From: Rothia mucilaginosa
GTDB taxonomy: Bacteria; Actinomycetota; Actinomycetes; Actinomycetales; Micrococcaceae
Reading direction: 5' to 3' (one strand)
NCBI RefSeq assembly: GCF_963534775.1
Contig: NZ_CAUSUH010000006.1
Length of the DNA: 64,000 bases
Part shown: positions 28,052 through 38,900 of the stretch, in pieces
How positions within the stretch are numbered: the first letter of the stretch is position 1
How the letters are laid out: every line of letters begins with the position of its first letter
Notes under the pieces: model-generated
The model's database searches: none
The model's input: only the letters and a program-made list of their open reading frames with translations
Told to the model about the DNA's origin: nothing
Made by a program: the position numbers and the translations under genes

Positions 28052-28095
28052 AACAGTTGTGGCGGTGACCGAACGAAACGGTTACCGCCACAACT
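28052..28095. repeat. 44-bp terminator-like hairpin repeat, copy B
   Basis: AACAGTTGTGGCGGTGACCGAACGAAACGGTTACCGCCACAACT, same orientation as copy A. Confidence 0.85.
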
Positions 28096-28130
28096 CTTTA
28101 AACGGCCTCCTAGCAGGGCTAGGGGAGGGG

Positions 28131-28769
28131 CTACTTGCCCTTCACCTCGCGTGCCAGAGCCAGTAGCTCCTCATGCACCGTCGTATCGCCCGTAACCTCC
28201 GGGTGGAAAGAAATACCAATCAGGTTGCCCGAACGCACACCCACAATCTTCCCCTCATGACGAGCCGTCACCTGCACACCCTCACCAGTGCCAGTCACAA
28301 TCGGCGCACGAATAAACGCCGTATCAATAACCACCTCATCACCGGCAGGAGTCAGCCACGGCAGGCGCACCTCCGCAGAATCAACCTGCGAACCAAACGC
28401 GTTACGACCCACCGAAACATCCAAAACACCCAGCGACTGCTGACCCGGTGCCGGATCATCAATACGCTTCGACAGCATAATCAGGCCAGCACACGTACCC
28501 AGAGTCGGCAGGCCCGAAGAAATCGCCTCAATCAGCGGCTCACGCACACCAAAAATACGGGTCAAACGGTCAATCGTCGACGACTCGCCGCCCGGCAAAA
28601 CCAGCGCGTCCAGACCCTCAAGCTGCTCACCGGTACGTACCCAGCGCACCTGCGCACCCAGGGACTCCAGCATCAGCGCATGCTCACTCACGCCGCCCTG
28701 CAACGCCAAAACACCAACCGTCAAACCCTCACCCGGCAAAACACCGGTAGGCTGAACCTTCTCAACCAT
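28131..28769 (-). CDS. pdxT: PLP synthase glutaminase subunit
   Basis: Contains GVLALQG, PGGESST, GTCAGLI, RNAFGSQ, FIRAP and SFHPE. Start ATG 28769 follows GGGAG. Confidence 0.96.
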   Translation of the reverse strand: MVEKVQPTGVLPGEGLTVGVLALQGGVSEHALMLESLGAQVRWVRTGEQLEGLDALVLPGGESSTIDRLTRIFGVREPLIEAISSGLPTLGTCAGLIMLSKRIDDPAPGQQSLGVLDVSVGRNAFGSQVDSAEVRLPWLTPAGDEVVIDTAFIRAPIVTGTGEGVQVTARHEGKIVGVRSGNLIGISFHPEVTGDTTVHEELLALAREVKGK

Positions 28770-28884
28770 CACCGCTCCCTTCACAAAACAACAAACACAA
28801 CAAACACAAGGAGGGTGGGACCCGCCTCAGCGAACCCCACCCCCTCATCAAACACTCACCCCGAATACGGGGTGCGCGCACGAA

Positions 28885-29790
28885 TTACCAGCCGCGCTCC
28901 GCCAGGCGGTGCGGTGCCGGAATGTCAGCAACGTTAATGCCGACCATAGCCTCACCCAGGCCGCGAGAAGCCTCAGCAACCTTCTCCGGGTCATTGTAGA
29001 AAGCAGTAGCCTTCACAATAGCCTTCGCACGAGCAACCGGGTCGCCCGACTTGAAAATACCAGAACCAACGAACACGCCGTCAGCACCGAGCTGCATCAT
29101 CATTGCAGCGTCAGCGGGGGTAGCCACACCACCAGCGGTGAACATGACCACGGGCAGCTTGCCGGTCTGAGCAACCTCACGAACCAGCTCGTACGGTGCA
29201 GCCAGTTCCTTAGCCTTCACGTACAGTTCATCGGGCATGGTGTTGTACAGGCCCTGTAGCTCAGCAATCTGACGCTTAATGGTGCGGATGTGCTTGGTTG
29301 CCTCAGAGACGTCACCGGTGCCAGCCTCGCCCTTCGAACGAATCATAGCGGCACCCTCGGTGATACGGCGCAGAGCCTCACCCAGGTTGGTAGCACCGCA
29401 CACGAAAGGAACCTTGAACTGGTGCTTATCAATGTGGTTCACGTAGTCAGCGGGGGAAAGAACCTCAGACTCGTCAATGTAGTCGACCTTCAGGGTCTCC
29501 AGGATCTGAGCCTCAACGAAGTGGCCGATGCGTGCCTTCGCCATGACCGGGATCGAAACAGCATCAATGATGCCCTCAATCATGTCCGGGTCAGACATAC
29601 GAGCCACGCCGCCCTGCGCACGAATATCCGCAGGAACGCGCTCGAGAGCCATGACGGCAACAGCGCCAGCATCTTCAGCGATCTTAGCCTGTTCGGGGGT
29701 GACGACGTCCATGATGACGCCGCCCTTGAGCATGTCGGCCAGGCCGCGCTTAACAAGCGGGCTGCCGGTTACGGTGTTGTTATCAGTCAT
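28885..29790 (-). CDS. pdxS: PLP synthase lyase subunit
   Basis: Contains [30 protein letters not shown] and [11 protein letters not shown]. Confidence 0.98.
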   Translation of the reverse strand: MTDNNTVTGSPLVKRGLADMLKGGVIMDVVTPEQAKIAEDAGAVAVMALERVPADIRAQGGVARMSDPDMIEGIIDAVSIPVMAKARIGHFVEAQILETLKVDYIDESEVLSPADYVNHIDKHQFKVPFVCGATNLGEALRRITEGAAMIRSKGEAGTGDVSEATKHIRTIKRQIAELQGLYNTMPDELYVKAKELAAPYELVREVAQTGKLPVVMFTAGGVATPADAAMMMQLGADGVFVGSGIFKSGDPVARAKAIVKATAFYNDPEKVAEASRGLGEAMVGINVADIPAPHRLAERGW

Positions 29791-30015
29791 GACCTTATCT
29801 TCTCACGTTCTGAGTGTTCGCGCGCACTCACGGAGGCGGAATTTCTGTTCTCTGACACAGTACGACCCCAAGTTCACGTCAGAACGACACAAAACGTCAT
29901 GAAACATACCCGCACCCATCAATTAGACAGCACCACCGGCGAGCGCAGGAAATAAAACCGCGGGTGTACTCTTTAACCTCTGAAGTACCCAGGAGACCCC
30001 CAGCAAAGGAACAGC

Positions 30016-31656
30016 ATGCTCGAAGTCGTTATCGCACTATCCCTCGCTGTCCTCGTAGGCAGCGCAATCGCACACAAAACGCGGATCACCCCCGCTATTG
30101 TGCTGATTTTCATTGGTCTGGCTATCGGCATTATGCCCGCCCACGAACTGCACGAAGTTCAGAGTATTGGCCTGCCGCCGCACGTCATCCTCGAAATCTT
30201 CCTGCCCATCATGCTCTTCTGGGAAGCCCGCCACACCTCATGGCGTGAGGCACGCAACCGCATCCGCGGCATTATCCTCACCGGAACCCTGCTGGTCATC
30301 GTGACCGCCTTCGGTGTCGCCGGGATTCTGCACGAGCTCATCGGCGTGAGCGCCTGGGGTGCGGCACTGCTCATCGGTGTGGCGCTCGCACCCACCGACG
30401 CGGTCGCCGTCGCAACTCTCAACGGCAAGCTGCCCAAGTCCGCCATCACCACCCTCAAAGCGGAGGCGCTCATCAACGACGGCACGACCCTCGTGCTGCT
30501 GACCCTCGCGCTGCAGGTAGCCGCCGGGCAGGGACTCTCCCTCGGCCACTCCAGCGGTATGTTCTTCTTCTCCTTCCTCATCGGTATTCTGGTCGGCCTG
30601 GCGGTCGGCTGGGTAGCCAACAAGATTCGTGCCCACATCGACAACCCGATGTGGTTCACCTGCTTCATGCTGACCGTGCCCTTCATCGCGTTCCTGCTCG
30701 CGGAGAAGATCGAGCCTTTCCCCGACATGAAGGGCTCCGGCGTGGTTGCTGTCGTGATTGCGGCGTTCTTCCTCACTTACTACAGCCCGGACACCATCAA
30801 ACCGCAGAACCGCACTTACGGCCTGCCCACCTGGGCGTTCGTCACCTTCGTCATGAACGCGGTATTGTTCGTCATGGTCGGCGTGCAGCTGCCCACCGCC
30901 GTGGAACGTATGGGTGTCACCATCAACCTCTACGGCACCACCTGGAGCTACGGCCTGCTCGTTGTGCTGGTCGCCTGGATTGCCTGCGTTGCTATTCGTT
31001 ACGTATTCCTGCAGGCGTCCATCTTCGTGATTCGACTGCTTGACCGCAGCGAAAAGCAGCGCACCCTGCGCACCACCCACCGCGGACGTGTCGTCTCCAC
31101 CATGGCTGGTTTGCGCGGCGGTGTCTCCCTGGCGGTGGCGCTGTCCATCCCGGCGAGTGTTGAATACCGCGACTTCGTGATCTTCGTGGTGTCAGGCGTG
31201 GTGCTGTGCTCCATGGTCGTCCAGGGCATGCTGCTGCCCGCCGTGATCCGCTGGGCGAACCTGCCGGTCGACAACAGCGAAGAAGAAGAGATGAACGAAG
31301 CGGTCCGCACTATGATTGCTGAGTCCTTCGACTCCATCCAGGAAATTGGTGGACGCATCAACGCCCCGCAGGAAGTCATCGACCGCATCGCGGAAGAGTA
31401 CATGTTCAACATGAGTATGTACCGCAACCTGCACACCCTGCACATGCACGGCGACGACACCCCCGAGAACGTGCTGAAGGTGCTCGAAGCGAACGAAAAG
31501 GAAAAGGAACTGCGCCTGGGCGTGCTCGAAGTTCAGCGTGACATCCTTAAGCGTCTGCGTGACGAAGGCAGAATCGACACGAACGTACTGCACCAAATCC
31601 AGGAACGCCTGGACATCGAGGTCATGCGTGTGCTCGGCCCGCTCGAACTCGAATAG
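30016..31656 (+). CDS. CPA1 family Na+/H+ antiporter
   Basis: Contains LAPTDAVAV, EALINDG and GLRGGVSLAVAL, with a helical C-terminal tail. Confidence 0.9.
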   Translation: MLEVVIALSLAVLVGSAIAHKTRITPAIVLIFIGLAIGIMPAHELHEVQSIGLPPHVILEIFLPIMLFWEARHTSWREARNRIRGIILTGTLLVIVTAFGVAGILHELIGVSAWGAALLIGVALAPTDAVAVATLNGKLPKSAITTLKAEALINDGTTLVLLTLALQVAAGQGLSLGHSSGMFFFSFLIGILVGLAVGWVANKIRAHIDNPMWFTCFMLTVPFIAFLLAEKIEPFPDMKGSGVVAVVIAAFFLTYYSPDTIKPQNRTYGLPTWAFVTFVMNAVLFVMVGVQLPTAVERMGVTINLYGTTWSYGLLVVLVAWIACVAIRYVFLQASIFVIRLLDRSEKQRTLRTTHRGRVVSTMAGLRGGVSLAVALSIPASVEYRDFVIFVVSGVVLCSMVVQGMLLPAVIRWANLPVDNSEEEEMNEAVRTMIAESFDSIQEIGGRINAPQEVIDRIAEEYMFNMSMYRNLHTLHMHGDDTPENVLKVLEANEKEKELRLGVLEVQRDILKRLRDEGRIDTNVLHQIQERLDIEVMRVLGPLELE

Positions 31657-31685
31657 ATTACGCTCCTACATGCGATACGTATGAG

Positions 31686-31733
31686 GCGAGGCGCCCCACC
31701 CCGAACAGCGGGGGAGGGGCGCCTCGCGGTTTT
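31686..31733 (+). terminator. Intrinsic terminator
   Basis: GCGAGGCGCCCC...GGGGCGCCTCGC-GGTTTT. Confidence 0.7.
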
Positions 31734-31975
31734 ATGGTGCCGCCGCGTCTGTGCACCCCGTGCAACAACAGGTTTTTCTCACGGTGAGCATCTACCCACC
31801 CGCGCTGAACATCGGTAAAATATGAAAGTTACGCCCGCGCTCACCCCCACGCGGAAGCCTCAACGGCCCAGGGAACGAGCAAGACATTTCGGGCGCCCCG
31901 GCACCCGCACATTCGCGGACATTAGCCGTCTATTTGACGCACACAAGTGACCGGACCACACAGACCAAGGAACCT

Positions 31976-33514
31976 ATGACGTCCCACCAGACTGAAAACA
32001 ACGCACCCAAAAATAGCGCACCCAACACCGCACCCAACAGCAACGCACCCGCCGCAGGACACCGCCCGCACGGCCCGCACGGCGCAAGCGAAGACCCGCA
32101 GAACATCTACCTGCTCAAAGACGCCCCCATCCTCAAGGCGCTCCTCTCCCTCGGCGTGCCCATGGCACTCGGCCTCGCCATCACCAGCATCTACAACGTG
32201 GTGAACTCCTACTTCGTCGGCCACTACGGCGGCACCGAAGACCTCGCCGCCACCAGCTACGGCGTGCCCGTCTTCGGCGTCATCATGGCGATCGCAGGCC
32301 TGTTCGGCCTGGGCTCCTCAACCCTCGCCTCCCGCAAGCTCGGTGAAGGCCAGCCCGCCCACGAAATTCACCGCGTCACCTCCTTCGCCCTCTACTCGGC
32401 GCTCGGTGCCGGTATCGTCGCGGCGGCTATCGGCTTCATCCTCGCTGACCCGATCACCAGCATCATGGGTGCATCCGGGGGCTCCTACGAACCGACCCGC
32501 ATCTACGTGCACCTCATGTTCCTCGGCGCGCCCCTCGCTATCGGCATGTTCACCCTCGAACAGCTCGTCCGATCCGAAGGCTACGCCAAGCAGTCCATGT
32601 ACGGCATCATCGTCGGCACCGTCGTCACCTGCATCTTCGACGTGCTGTTCATCGCCATCATGGGCATGGGCGTCGCCGGTGCCGGTTGGGCGATGCTGCT
32701 GGCGAACGGCGCATCCATGCTGTACTACCTGCTGTTCCTGATGCGCAAGAGCGAGAACTTCTCCGCGAACATCCGCGACTTCTCCCTCGACCCCGCTATC
32801 ATCAAGCCCGTGGTCGCGGTCGGTGCTGCTGAGCTCATTCAGAGCCTCAACCTGATCTTCGCCGCCCTGCTGCTGAACAACCTCGCCGCCTCCTACGGTG
32901 ACGACACCGTGGCAGCGTTCGGCTTGGCAATGCGCCTGAACATGGTGCCCGAAATGCTGTGTATGGGCCTGTGCATGGGCGGTATCCCGCTGTACGCCTA
33001 CGCGTACGGTGCCCGCAACGGCGCCCGTGTGAAGGAGGCGCTGCGCACCGCAACGATCCTGTCCGTGGCGACCTCCGCGATCATCACCATTCCGGTGCTG
33101 ATTTTCCGCCGTGAACTGCTCGCCGTGGTTGGCGATGCAAGCCTCATCGACACCGGCGAAGAGGTCATGATCGCACTCATGCTCGCCGCCGTGTTCAACG
33201 CGGTCAGCATCGTGTTTGTGTCTTGGTTCCAGGCGTCCGGTAAGGGCGGCCCGGCAATGCTGATGACCATCGGTATTGCGTTGCTGTTCTTCCCCGCCGT
33301 GTACTTCGGCAACATGTGGTTCGGCTTTAAGGGCCTGACCTGGGCGTTCCCTTTCACCCAGGTGCTCGCCTGCGCGCTGGGCCTGGTGCTGTTCCTCGCC
33401 ACGGGTGGCGCGAAGGTACCGCCCGCTGAAGCTGAGGTTAAGACTGAAGGTTCTGAGGATTCGGGCGTTCAGGCTGCCCAGGTTTCTGGCGCACAGCCCG
33501 AGCAGAAGGCATAA
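31976..33514 (+). CDS. MATE family efflux transporter (MepA-like)
   Basis: About 12 TM; contains IYNVVNSYFVG, LVRSEG, MGVAGAGWA and YAYGARN. Start ATG 31976 follows AAGGA. Confidence 0.9.
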   Translation: MTSHQTENNAPKNSAPNTAPNSNAPAAGHRPHGPHGASEDPQNIYLLKDAPILKALLSLGVPMALGLAITSIYNVVNSYFVGHYGGTEDLAATSYGVPVFGVIMAIAGLFGLGSSTLASRKLGEGQPAHEIHRVTSFALYSALGAGIVAAAIGFILADPITSIMGASGGSYEPTRIYVHLMFLGAPLAIGMFTLEQLVRSEGYAKQSMYGIIVGTVVTCIFDVLFIAIMGMGVAGAGWAMLLANGASMLYYLLFLMRKSENFSANIRDFSLDPAIIKPVVAVGAAELIQSLNLIFAALLLNNLAASYGDDTVAAFGLAMRLNMVPEMLCMGLCMGGIPLYAYAYGARNGARVKEALRTATILSVATSAIITIPVLIFRRELLAVVGDASLIDTGEEVMIALMLAAVFNAVSIVFVSWFQASGKGGPAMLMTIGIALLFFPAVYFGNMWFGFKGLTWAFPFTQVLACALGLVLFLATGGAKVPPAEAEVKTEGSEDSGVQAAQVSGAQPEQKA

Positions 33515-33535
33515 TCCTCAGCCTGCGAAAACATA

Positions 33536-33577
33536 GTAAAAGCCCCGGACTCCCGCTTGGGAGCCTGGGGCTTTTAC
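33536..33577. terminator. Bidirectional terminator
   Basis: GTAAAAGCCCC...GGGGCTTTTAC between convergent genes. Confidence 0.8.
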
Positions 33578-33632
33578 GGTGGTTCTTACGCTGATTGAGG
33601 CGCTCAACCGGAAGACGCTAGATTCTTCCGCG

Positions 33633-34466
33633 CTAGTTCTTCCACCAGGAATCAAAAATCGTCACCGGAGTAGTGCGCTTATGGCGGCTACGCAGGTAAA
33701 TCTGCTCCAGCTTCGCAGCTGCCGCCTCGTCGATTTCCTTACCCTCCAGGTAGTCATCAATCTGCGGGTAGGTCAGACCCAGCTCATCCTCATCGGTGCG
33801 GCCGGGTACGCCGTCCAGCAGGTCAGCCGTCGGCGGCTTAGCCCACAGACGCTCAGACGCACCCAGTACCCGCAGCAGCAGCTGGTTCTGGCGCTTATTC
33901 AGACCAGCCAGCGGCAGCAGATCCGCGCCGCCGTCACCGAACTTCGTGAAGAAACCCGTAATGGACTCCGCCGCGTGGTCGGTACCGACCACCAGGTAGC
34001 CGGGGCCGCCAGCAATCGCGTACTGGGCGATCATGCGAGCGCGCGCCTTCACATTACCCTTGTTGAAGTCGCTGATCTGCTCGCCGGTCGCGGCAGTGTA
34101 GGCGGTGTCGAAGCCGTCGACAGCCTCCGCAATGTTGAAGGTCAGGGAGCGGGTGGGCTGGATGAAACGCAGCGCCTCCTGCGCGTCCTCTTCGTCGTGT
34201 TGCACACGGTAGGGCAGGCGCACCGCCACGAACTCGGCGGTGCGGCCGCGCTCGTTGAGGCGGTCCACCGCCAGCTGGCAGAGGCGACCCGACAGAGTGG
34301 AGTCGATACCGCCGCTGATACCCAGTACCAAGCCGCGGCTTCCGGTGGCTTCCAGGTAGTCGCAGATGAACTGGATGCGGCGCTCCACTTCTTCGCGTGC
34401 CTGCTCTTCGGTCATGTTGGGCTTGACGCCCATTTCACGGATGATCTGTGCCTGTAATTCACGCAT
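33633..34466 (-). CDS. nadE: Ammonia-dependent NAD+ synthetase
   Basis: Contains LGISGGIDS, GNVKARARM, VGTDHAAE, GFFTKFGDG and KPPTADL; no glutaminase domain. Confidence 0.96.
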   Translation of the reverse strand: MRELQAQIIREMGVKPNMTEEQAREEVERRIQFICDYLEATGSRGLVLGISGGIDSTLSGRLCQLAVDRLNERGRTAEFVAVRLPYRVQHDEEDAQEALRFIQPTRSLTFNIAEAVDGFDTAYTAATGEQISDFNKGNVKARARMIAQYAIAGGPGYLVVGTDHAAESITGFFTKFGDGGADLLPLAGLNKRQNQLLLRVLGASERLWAKPPTADLLDGVPGRTDEDELGLTYPQIDDYLEGKEIDEAAAAKLEQIYLRSRHKRTTPVTIFDSWWKN

Positions 34467-34765
34467 GACTTAAGTGTACGCTCCACCTTATAGCCCGTGC
34501 GGTGAACCACCGAGGGAGGCGAGGTAGTGTTCCACACGGTGCGTTCAGCGCGGCGCACGCGGCGGGTTCAGTATCGTTTCAGCCTCCCGCCAGTTCCGCA
34601 AATACACAGCATACTCACCGGTAAAAACCCTGTGCGACAACCCGTGCGGCTGTTAGCATGAACATACGGTTCAAATACCGTTCAAAACAGCCGGTGATGA
34701 GGGAAAACGCCCCCACACCCGCTACGCCACAGAACACGTCAACCAAGGACGGTGAAGACAGCACC

Positions 34766-35068
34766 ATGGCAAAAACAAAAACTGAACTCTACGACGAGCT
34801 CGTAGACATCGAAACCAGCCTCGAAAACCACCCGCTCACCTCCGGGAAAATAGCGGAGGCGAACATCATCATCGAGCAGATGAAGGAGCAGGGCGCCACC
34901 CCGGAAGAAATCAATGAGGCACTCATCCAGCAGGGGCTGCCCTCCCTTGTGGAGATTGGTAAGAGTACCTTGCTGCAGTCTTTTAGCCTCTGGAAGCTCA
35001 ATCACCGCAAGTTAAAGGTGGAAGCCGCCATTGAGAAGCTCAACCGTAAAGAAGCCCGCCGCCACTAA
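34766..35068 (+). CDS. Hypothetical protein (about 100 aa, helical)
   Basis: Host-like codon usage from ATG 34766; followed by a terminator. Confidence 0.65.
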   Translation: MAKTKTELYDELVDIETSLENHPLTSGKIAEANIIIEQMKEQGATPEEINEALIQQGLPSLVEIGKSTLLQSFSLWKLNHRKLKVEAAIEKLNRKEARRH

Positions 35069-35098
35069 CTAGCCCGCCTCGGGCAGGGCGAGGCAAGC

Positions 35099-35141
35099 AA
35101 ATACCCCCGGCAGATGCGTACAGCATCCACCGGGGGTATTT
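35099..35141. terminator. Bidirectional terminator
   Basis: AAATACCCCCGG...CCGGGGGTATTT. Confidence 0.78.
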
Positions 35142-35187
35142 CTTTTAAAAAGGTAGTTTTTTCATGCTCCTGGAAGCGGCAATGCGC

Positions 35188-35586
35188 TCACTCGAGACTG
35201 GAAGTGAGATGCGAATGAACGTATTGAGTAAACTCTTCAATACTGCAGACATGAGTGACTAATCCGATGACTTTGTTATAGAGATGAGTAGAGTCATCTA
35301 CTAAATAGAGACCGTGACACTCTAGAAGGCCACCAAGGAGCGCAACCGCTACACGCTTATTGCCATCAACAAAAGGATGTTGACGAATAACCTCTACACA
35401 GAGATGAACAGCCTTATCTACAATGTGCGGATATAGCTCTTCTCCACCAAAAGTTTGGTAAGGGCTCTGAAGAATTCCTTCGAGAATATCAAGGTCTCGA
35501 ACGCCTGCAGACCCTCCAAAGCGGTTGATAAGCAACTGGTGGATAGCTAAAGCAGTATCAACGGAGATATGTGCAGAGGACATCAC
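35188..35586 (-). CDS. doc: Doc (death-on-curing, Fic family) toxin
   Basis: Contains GGSAGVRD, QTFGGEELYP and the Doc-type Fic motif HPFVDGNKRVA; AT-rich. Confidence 0.92.
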   Translation of the reverse strand: MMSSAHISVDTALAIHQLLINRFGGSAGVRDLDILEGILQSPYQTFGGEELYPHIVDKAVHLCVEVIRQHPFVDGNKRVAVALLGGLLECHGLYLVDDSTHLYNKVIGLVTHVCSIEEFTQYVHSHLTSSLE

Positions 35587-35846
35587 TGGCTCAGACGTTC
35601 AAAGACGCTTTCGTAACGGTCAATGAAGCTAGTCGCTGCCCCTAAAATCTTCTCCTGATCGATAGTTTCAGAAGAAGTCTTCGCTACGGCTTCTTTGTTA
35701 TCAGAAGTGGAATCTACTCCCAGAGGAACAATCTTGAAAGCAGGCTGATTGCGCTTAAATACAGTGATTTCTTCACCTTCCTGAATGACCTGATTAGTCA
35801 CGGAAGTGAGGTTGGCACGTAGTTCAGAAAATCCAACGGTGAGCAT
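35583..35846 (-). CDS. phd: Phd/YefM antitoxin
   Basis: Begins MLTVGFSELRANLTSVTNQVIQEGEEITVFKRNQPAF and ends RYESVFERLSQ. RBS AAGGAAAG; stop overlaps the doc start. Confidence 0.88.
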   Translation of the reverse strand: MLTVGFSELRANLTSVTNQVIQEGEEITVFKRNQPAFKIVPLGVDSTSDNKEAVAKTSSETIDQEKILGAATSFIDRYESVFERLSQ

Positions 35847-35916
35847 AGTATCTTTCCTTTGTACTATTTCTTGTACAAATTTTAGCACTATATCTACTGA
35901 TGAAGTCAGCCCACAG

Positions 35917-35958
35917 AAAAGGCCGTGCCGGGGCAGAAAACTCCACCCCGACACGGCC
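35917..35958 (-). terminator. Terminator of subtilase 1
   Basis: GGCCGTGCCGGGG...CCCCGACACGGCC with a U-tail on the minus strand. Confidence 0.7.
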
Positions 35959-35975
35959 CTCACATCCGCATCCGA

Positions 35976-38900
35976 CTAGCGGTTATTCAGCACGCGCACG
36001 TTATAGCGGTGCAAGAACGCCGCCATCGCGCCACGCTCAATCGGCTGAACCGGACGGAACGAACCATCCGGCCAACCCGTCGTAATCCGCTGATCGGCCA
36101 ACCACGCAATCTCGCGGTAGAACTGGCTGCCGGTCGACACGTCACTAAACGGCGAAGCCACCGGAGCAGAATACGCCGGCGAACCCGCAAAACGGTAGAA
36201 GAACGCCGCCATAGCGTCACGGTTCACCGCAGCATTCGGACGGAACGTACCATCCGACCAACCGGTCGTAATACCGCGGGCACGCATCCACTCAATCTCC
36301 TTGTAGAACGGGTGATCACGCGGCACATCCTTAAAGCTCGGAGTGCTCGGCGCAGTGAACTGCGGCGAACCCGCCATACGGTAGAAGAACGCCGCCATCG
36401 CGCCGCGCTCCACCGAACCGTTCGGGCGGAACGTACCATCCGGGTAGCCGGTCGTAATACGACGCTGAGCCAGCCAGTTAATATCATTCACGAACGGGTA
36501 ATCCGCCGGAACATCCGTAAAGTGTGCGCTCGCGGCGGTATCCTCAGAGTTCGACGAGACACGCAGAACCTGCGCACGCTCACCCGCAGCCCCATTCACG
36601 CCGGACAGGTCGCCGGTCGCATTGTGCATGTGCAAGAACAGCGCAGAAACGTTCTTCGCGTCGCCGTTACGGTGCGCCACCAGCTGAGTCTCCGGTGCGT
36701 CCACGAACAGGTTCGGCACGCCCGCCGAATCGCCACTGAACCACAGCTTCGGTGCCGCATAGTTGAACACCACCGAATCAGTCGTATCAACCACAGTCGT
36801 AGCGGAGAACGCGCTCGAAGTGGTCACCGAGTACGAAATCTCGGTCGACTCAGCCTCGGGGTCCAGGCCCAGAACGCTCAGCGGAACAGTCATCACCAGA
36901 GTGTTCGAATCCATGATGTTGGTGTCCGTATCACCCCAGGTGCCGTTCAGCGGGTACAGGGCGTTCTCAATGGCCTGCCACTTGCCGTTGCTGCGCTTAG
37001 AAACCTTCACCAGCGGGTAGTCCAGGCCCTTCTCACGCACCGTCTGCAGGCGGTAGTCGCTCGTGCCGTCCTTGTCGGTGTCAACGAACACGTAGTAGGT
37101 GCCGCGCGGGGTCACCTCCTGCCAGTTACCCCAGGTGGAAATACCGAAGGACAGGCGCGCCTCGGAGGTGTCCGCACCGGCAGCCTTCAACGCCGCCACG
37201 TTCGAGGCGGCACCCACGTACTGCAGGTCCATGCGGGAATCCGAACCCACACCCAGCTTCGCGGTCGGGATGCGCGGGCTCGAAGCACCCAACTCAAAAG
37301 CACCCAGCAGGGAGCGGTAACCGCCCTGGTTTACCGCGGTACCCTGCAGGGTCAGGGTCTGCTCGGTCGCGCCGGAACCCTGAGCGTCGAAGGCGATATC
37401 GGAGCCAGCCACACGCATCGCGGAGACAGGCTTCGGTGCCACGTGCAGCGGCATGCGCAGGGTCTTCACCGCAGCCGAGGAGTCAGTATCGGTCAGGATC
37501 AGGCGGCCCGAAGCGCTCGCAATGTACTGGCGGGCACCCGAAATGGTGACCGTACCGGTCGAGTAGTTCACCGAATCCTGGTTCGGGTACATGGACGGGT
37601 CGCGGGTCTTTTCCAGCTTCGACGGGTCAATGCGCACCGTCACGGTGAACGTTGCCTTCTGGCCGGCACCCACAGACACGGACTGCGGGTAGGAGAACTC
37701 CACACCCGGGATGCTCGTGCTACCCTCATAGTTCAGGGTGTAGGTGTGCGCCACCGAGTCGGTGTTCTCAACGCTCACGCGGTGCTGCAGGGTCTGCACA
37801 CCGGTGTTCGGGGTGTACTCGAGCACGCCGAAAGTGTCCGAAACCTGTTCGGGGCGTGCCGCGTTGAACAGCATGACGCGGTCAGCTACCGCCGCACGCG
37901 TGTTGATACGGCCGGTACCCACGCGGTCCACCGCGTAGGGGTTGCCCCAGGCGTCCTGCATGTGGTGGTCGGCGGTGTTCATGATGACGGTCTTAAGCAT
38001 GCGCGGACCGTACTCCGGGTGCGCCTGCATGATCAGCGCCGCAACACCGGCAACAAAGGGCGTGGACATGGACGTACCAGTCTTCACGCTCGAGCCGGTG
38101 CCGCTACCAACCTCGATGGAGGAAATGTTCGTGCCCGGTGCCGCAACGTCCGGCTTGGTGATGCCGTGCGAACCGTGCAGGCCACGCGCGGTGGAGGTGT
38201 TCGCCTGATCCAGCTTGCCGTTGGGCACGCGGATCGAGTCACGCAGGTTCTCGCCGAGCTGCAGGGTCAGCTCACCCGAATCAATCTGCGCGGAAAGGCG
38301 CTCCACCTGGCTCTTTGCCAGGCGCACACCCGGAATGGAGGAGTTACCGCCGATAGCGGTGTCACCGACCTCAGTGTTCGAGGTGAGCACCACGCCGGTC
38401 GCGCCCGCCGCCTGCAGGTTGTCGAAGCGTACCTTCGAACCACAGGGTGCGGTGCCGTCAGCGTCCGCCCAGTCAATGAGGGCCCACTTGCCCTTCAGCG
38501 CTGCGGCTTCCTCTTCGGTGAACGCCTCGCAGGCGTAACGGTTGCGGGAGGCGGCACGCACCACGGTGCCGCGTAGCTGCTCCTCGGTCGCCTTCGAGTA
38601 GTCGAAGCTCACCGAGTAGTCACCGTAGGTGTCCGCCTCGTTCGCGGGGGCGAGAATCTTCACGCGGTCCACCAGCTGGGTCGAGCCGATGGAGTTCGCC
38701 ACGGTCAGGCCGTAGGCGCTGGTGCCGGGGCCGCCCGAGTTGGAGTAGGTGTCGCCCACGGCGTTGTAGTTGTTGGCGTTACCCGCCGCGACCACGGAGA
38801 GGATACCCTCGCGGTAGAGGGAACCGACCGCGTAGTTCACGGTCTCATCGAACACGCCGAACTCGTTGCCGAGCGACAGGTTCGCGATGTCGGCGCGGTC

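Noticed and set aside
25321..28095. CRISPR or integron attC interpretation of the 44-bp repeats
   Set aside because: Only two copies 2.7 kb apart, with no cas or intI gene; the structure fits terminators.
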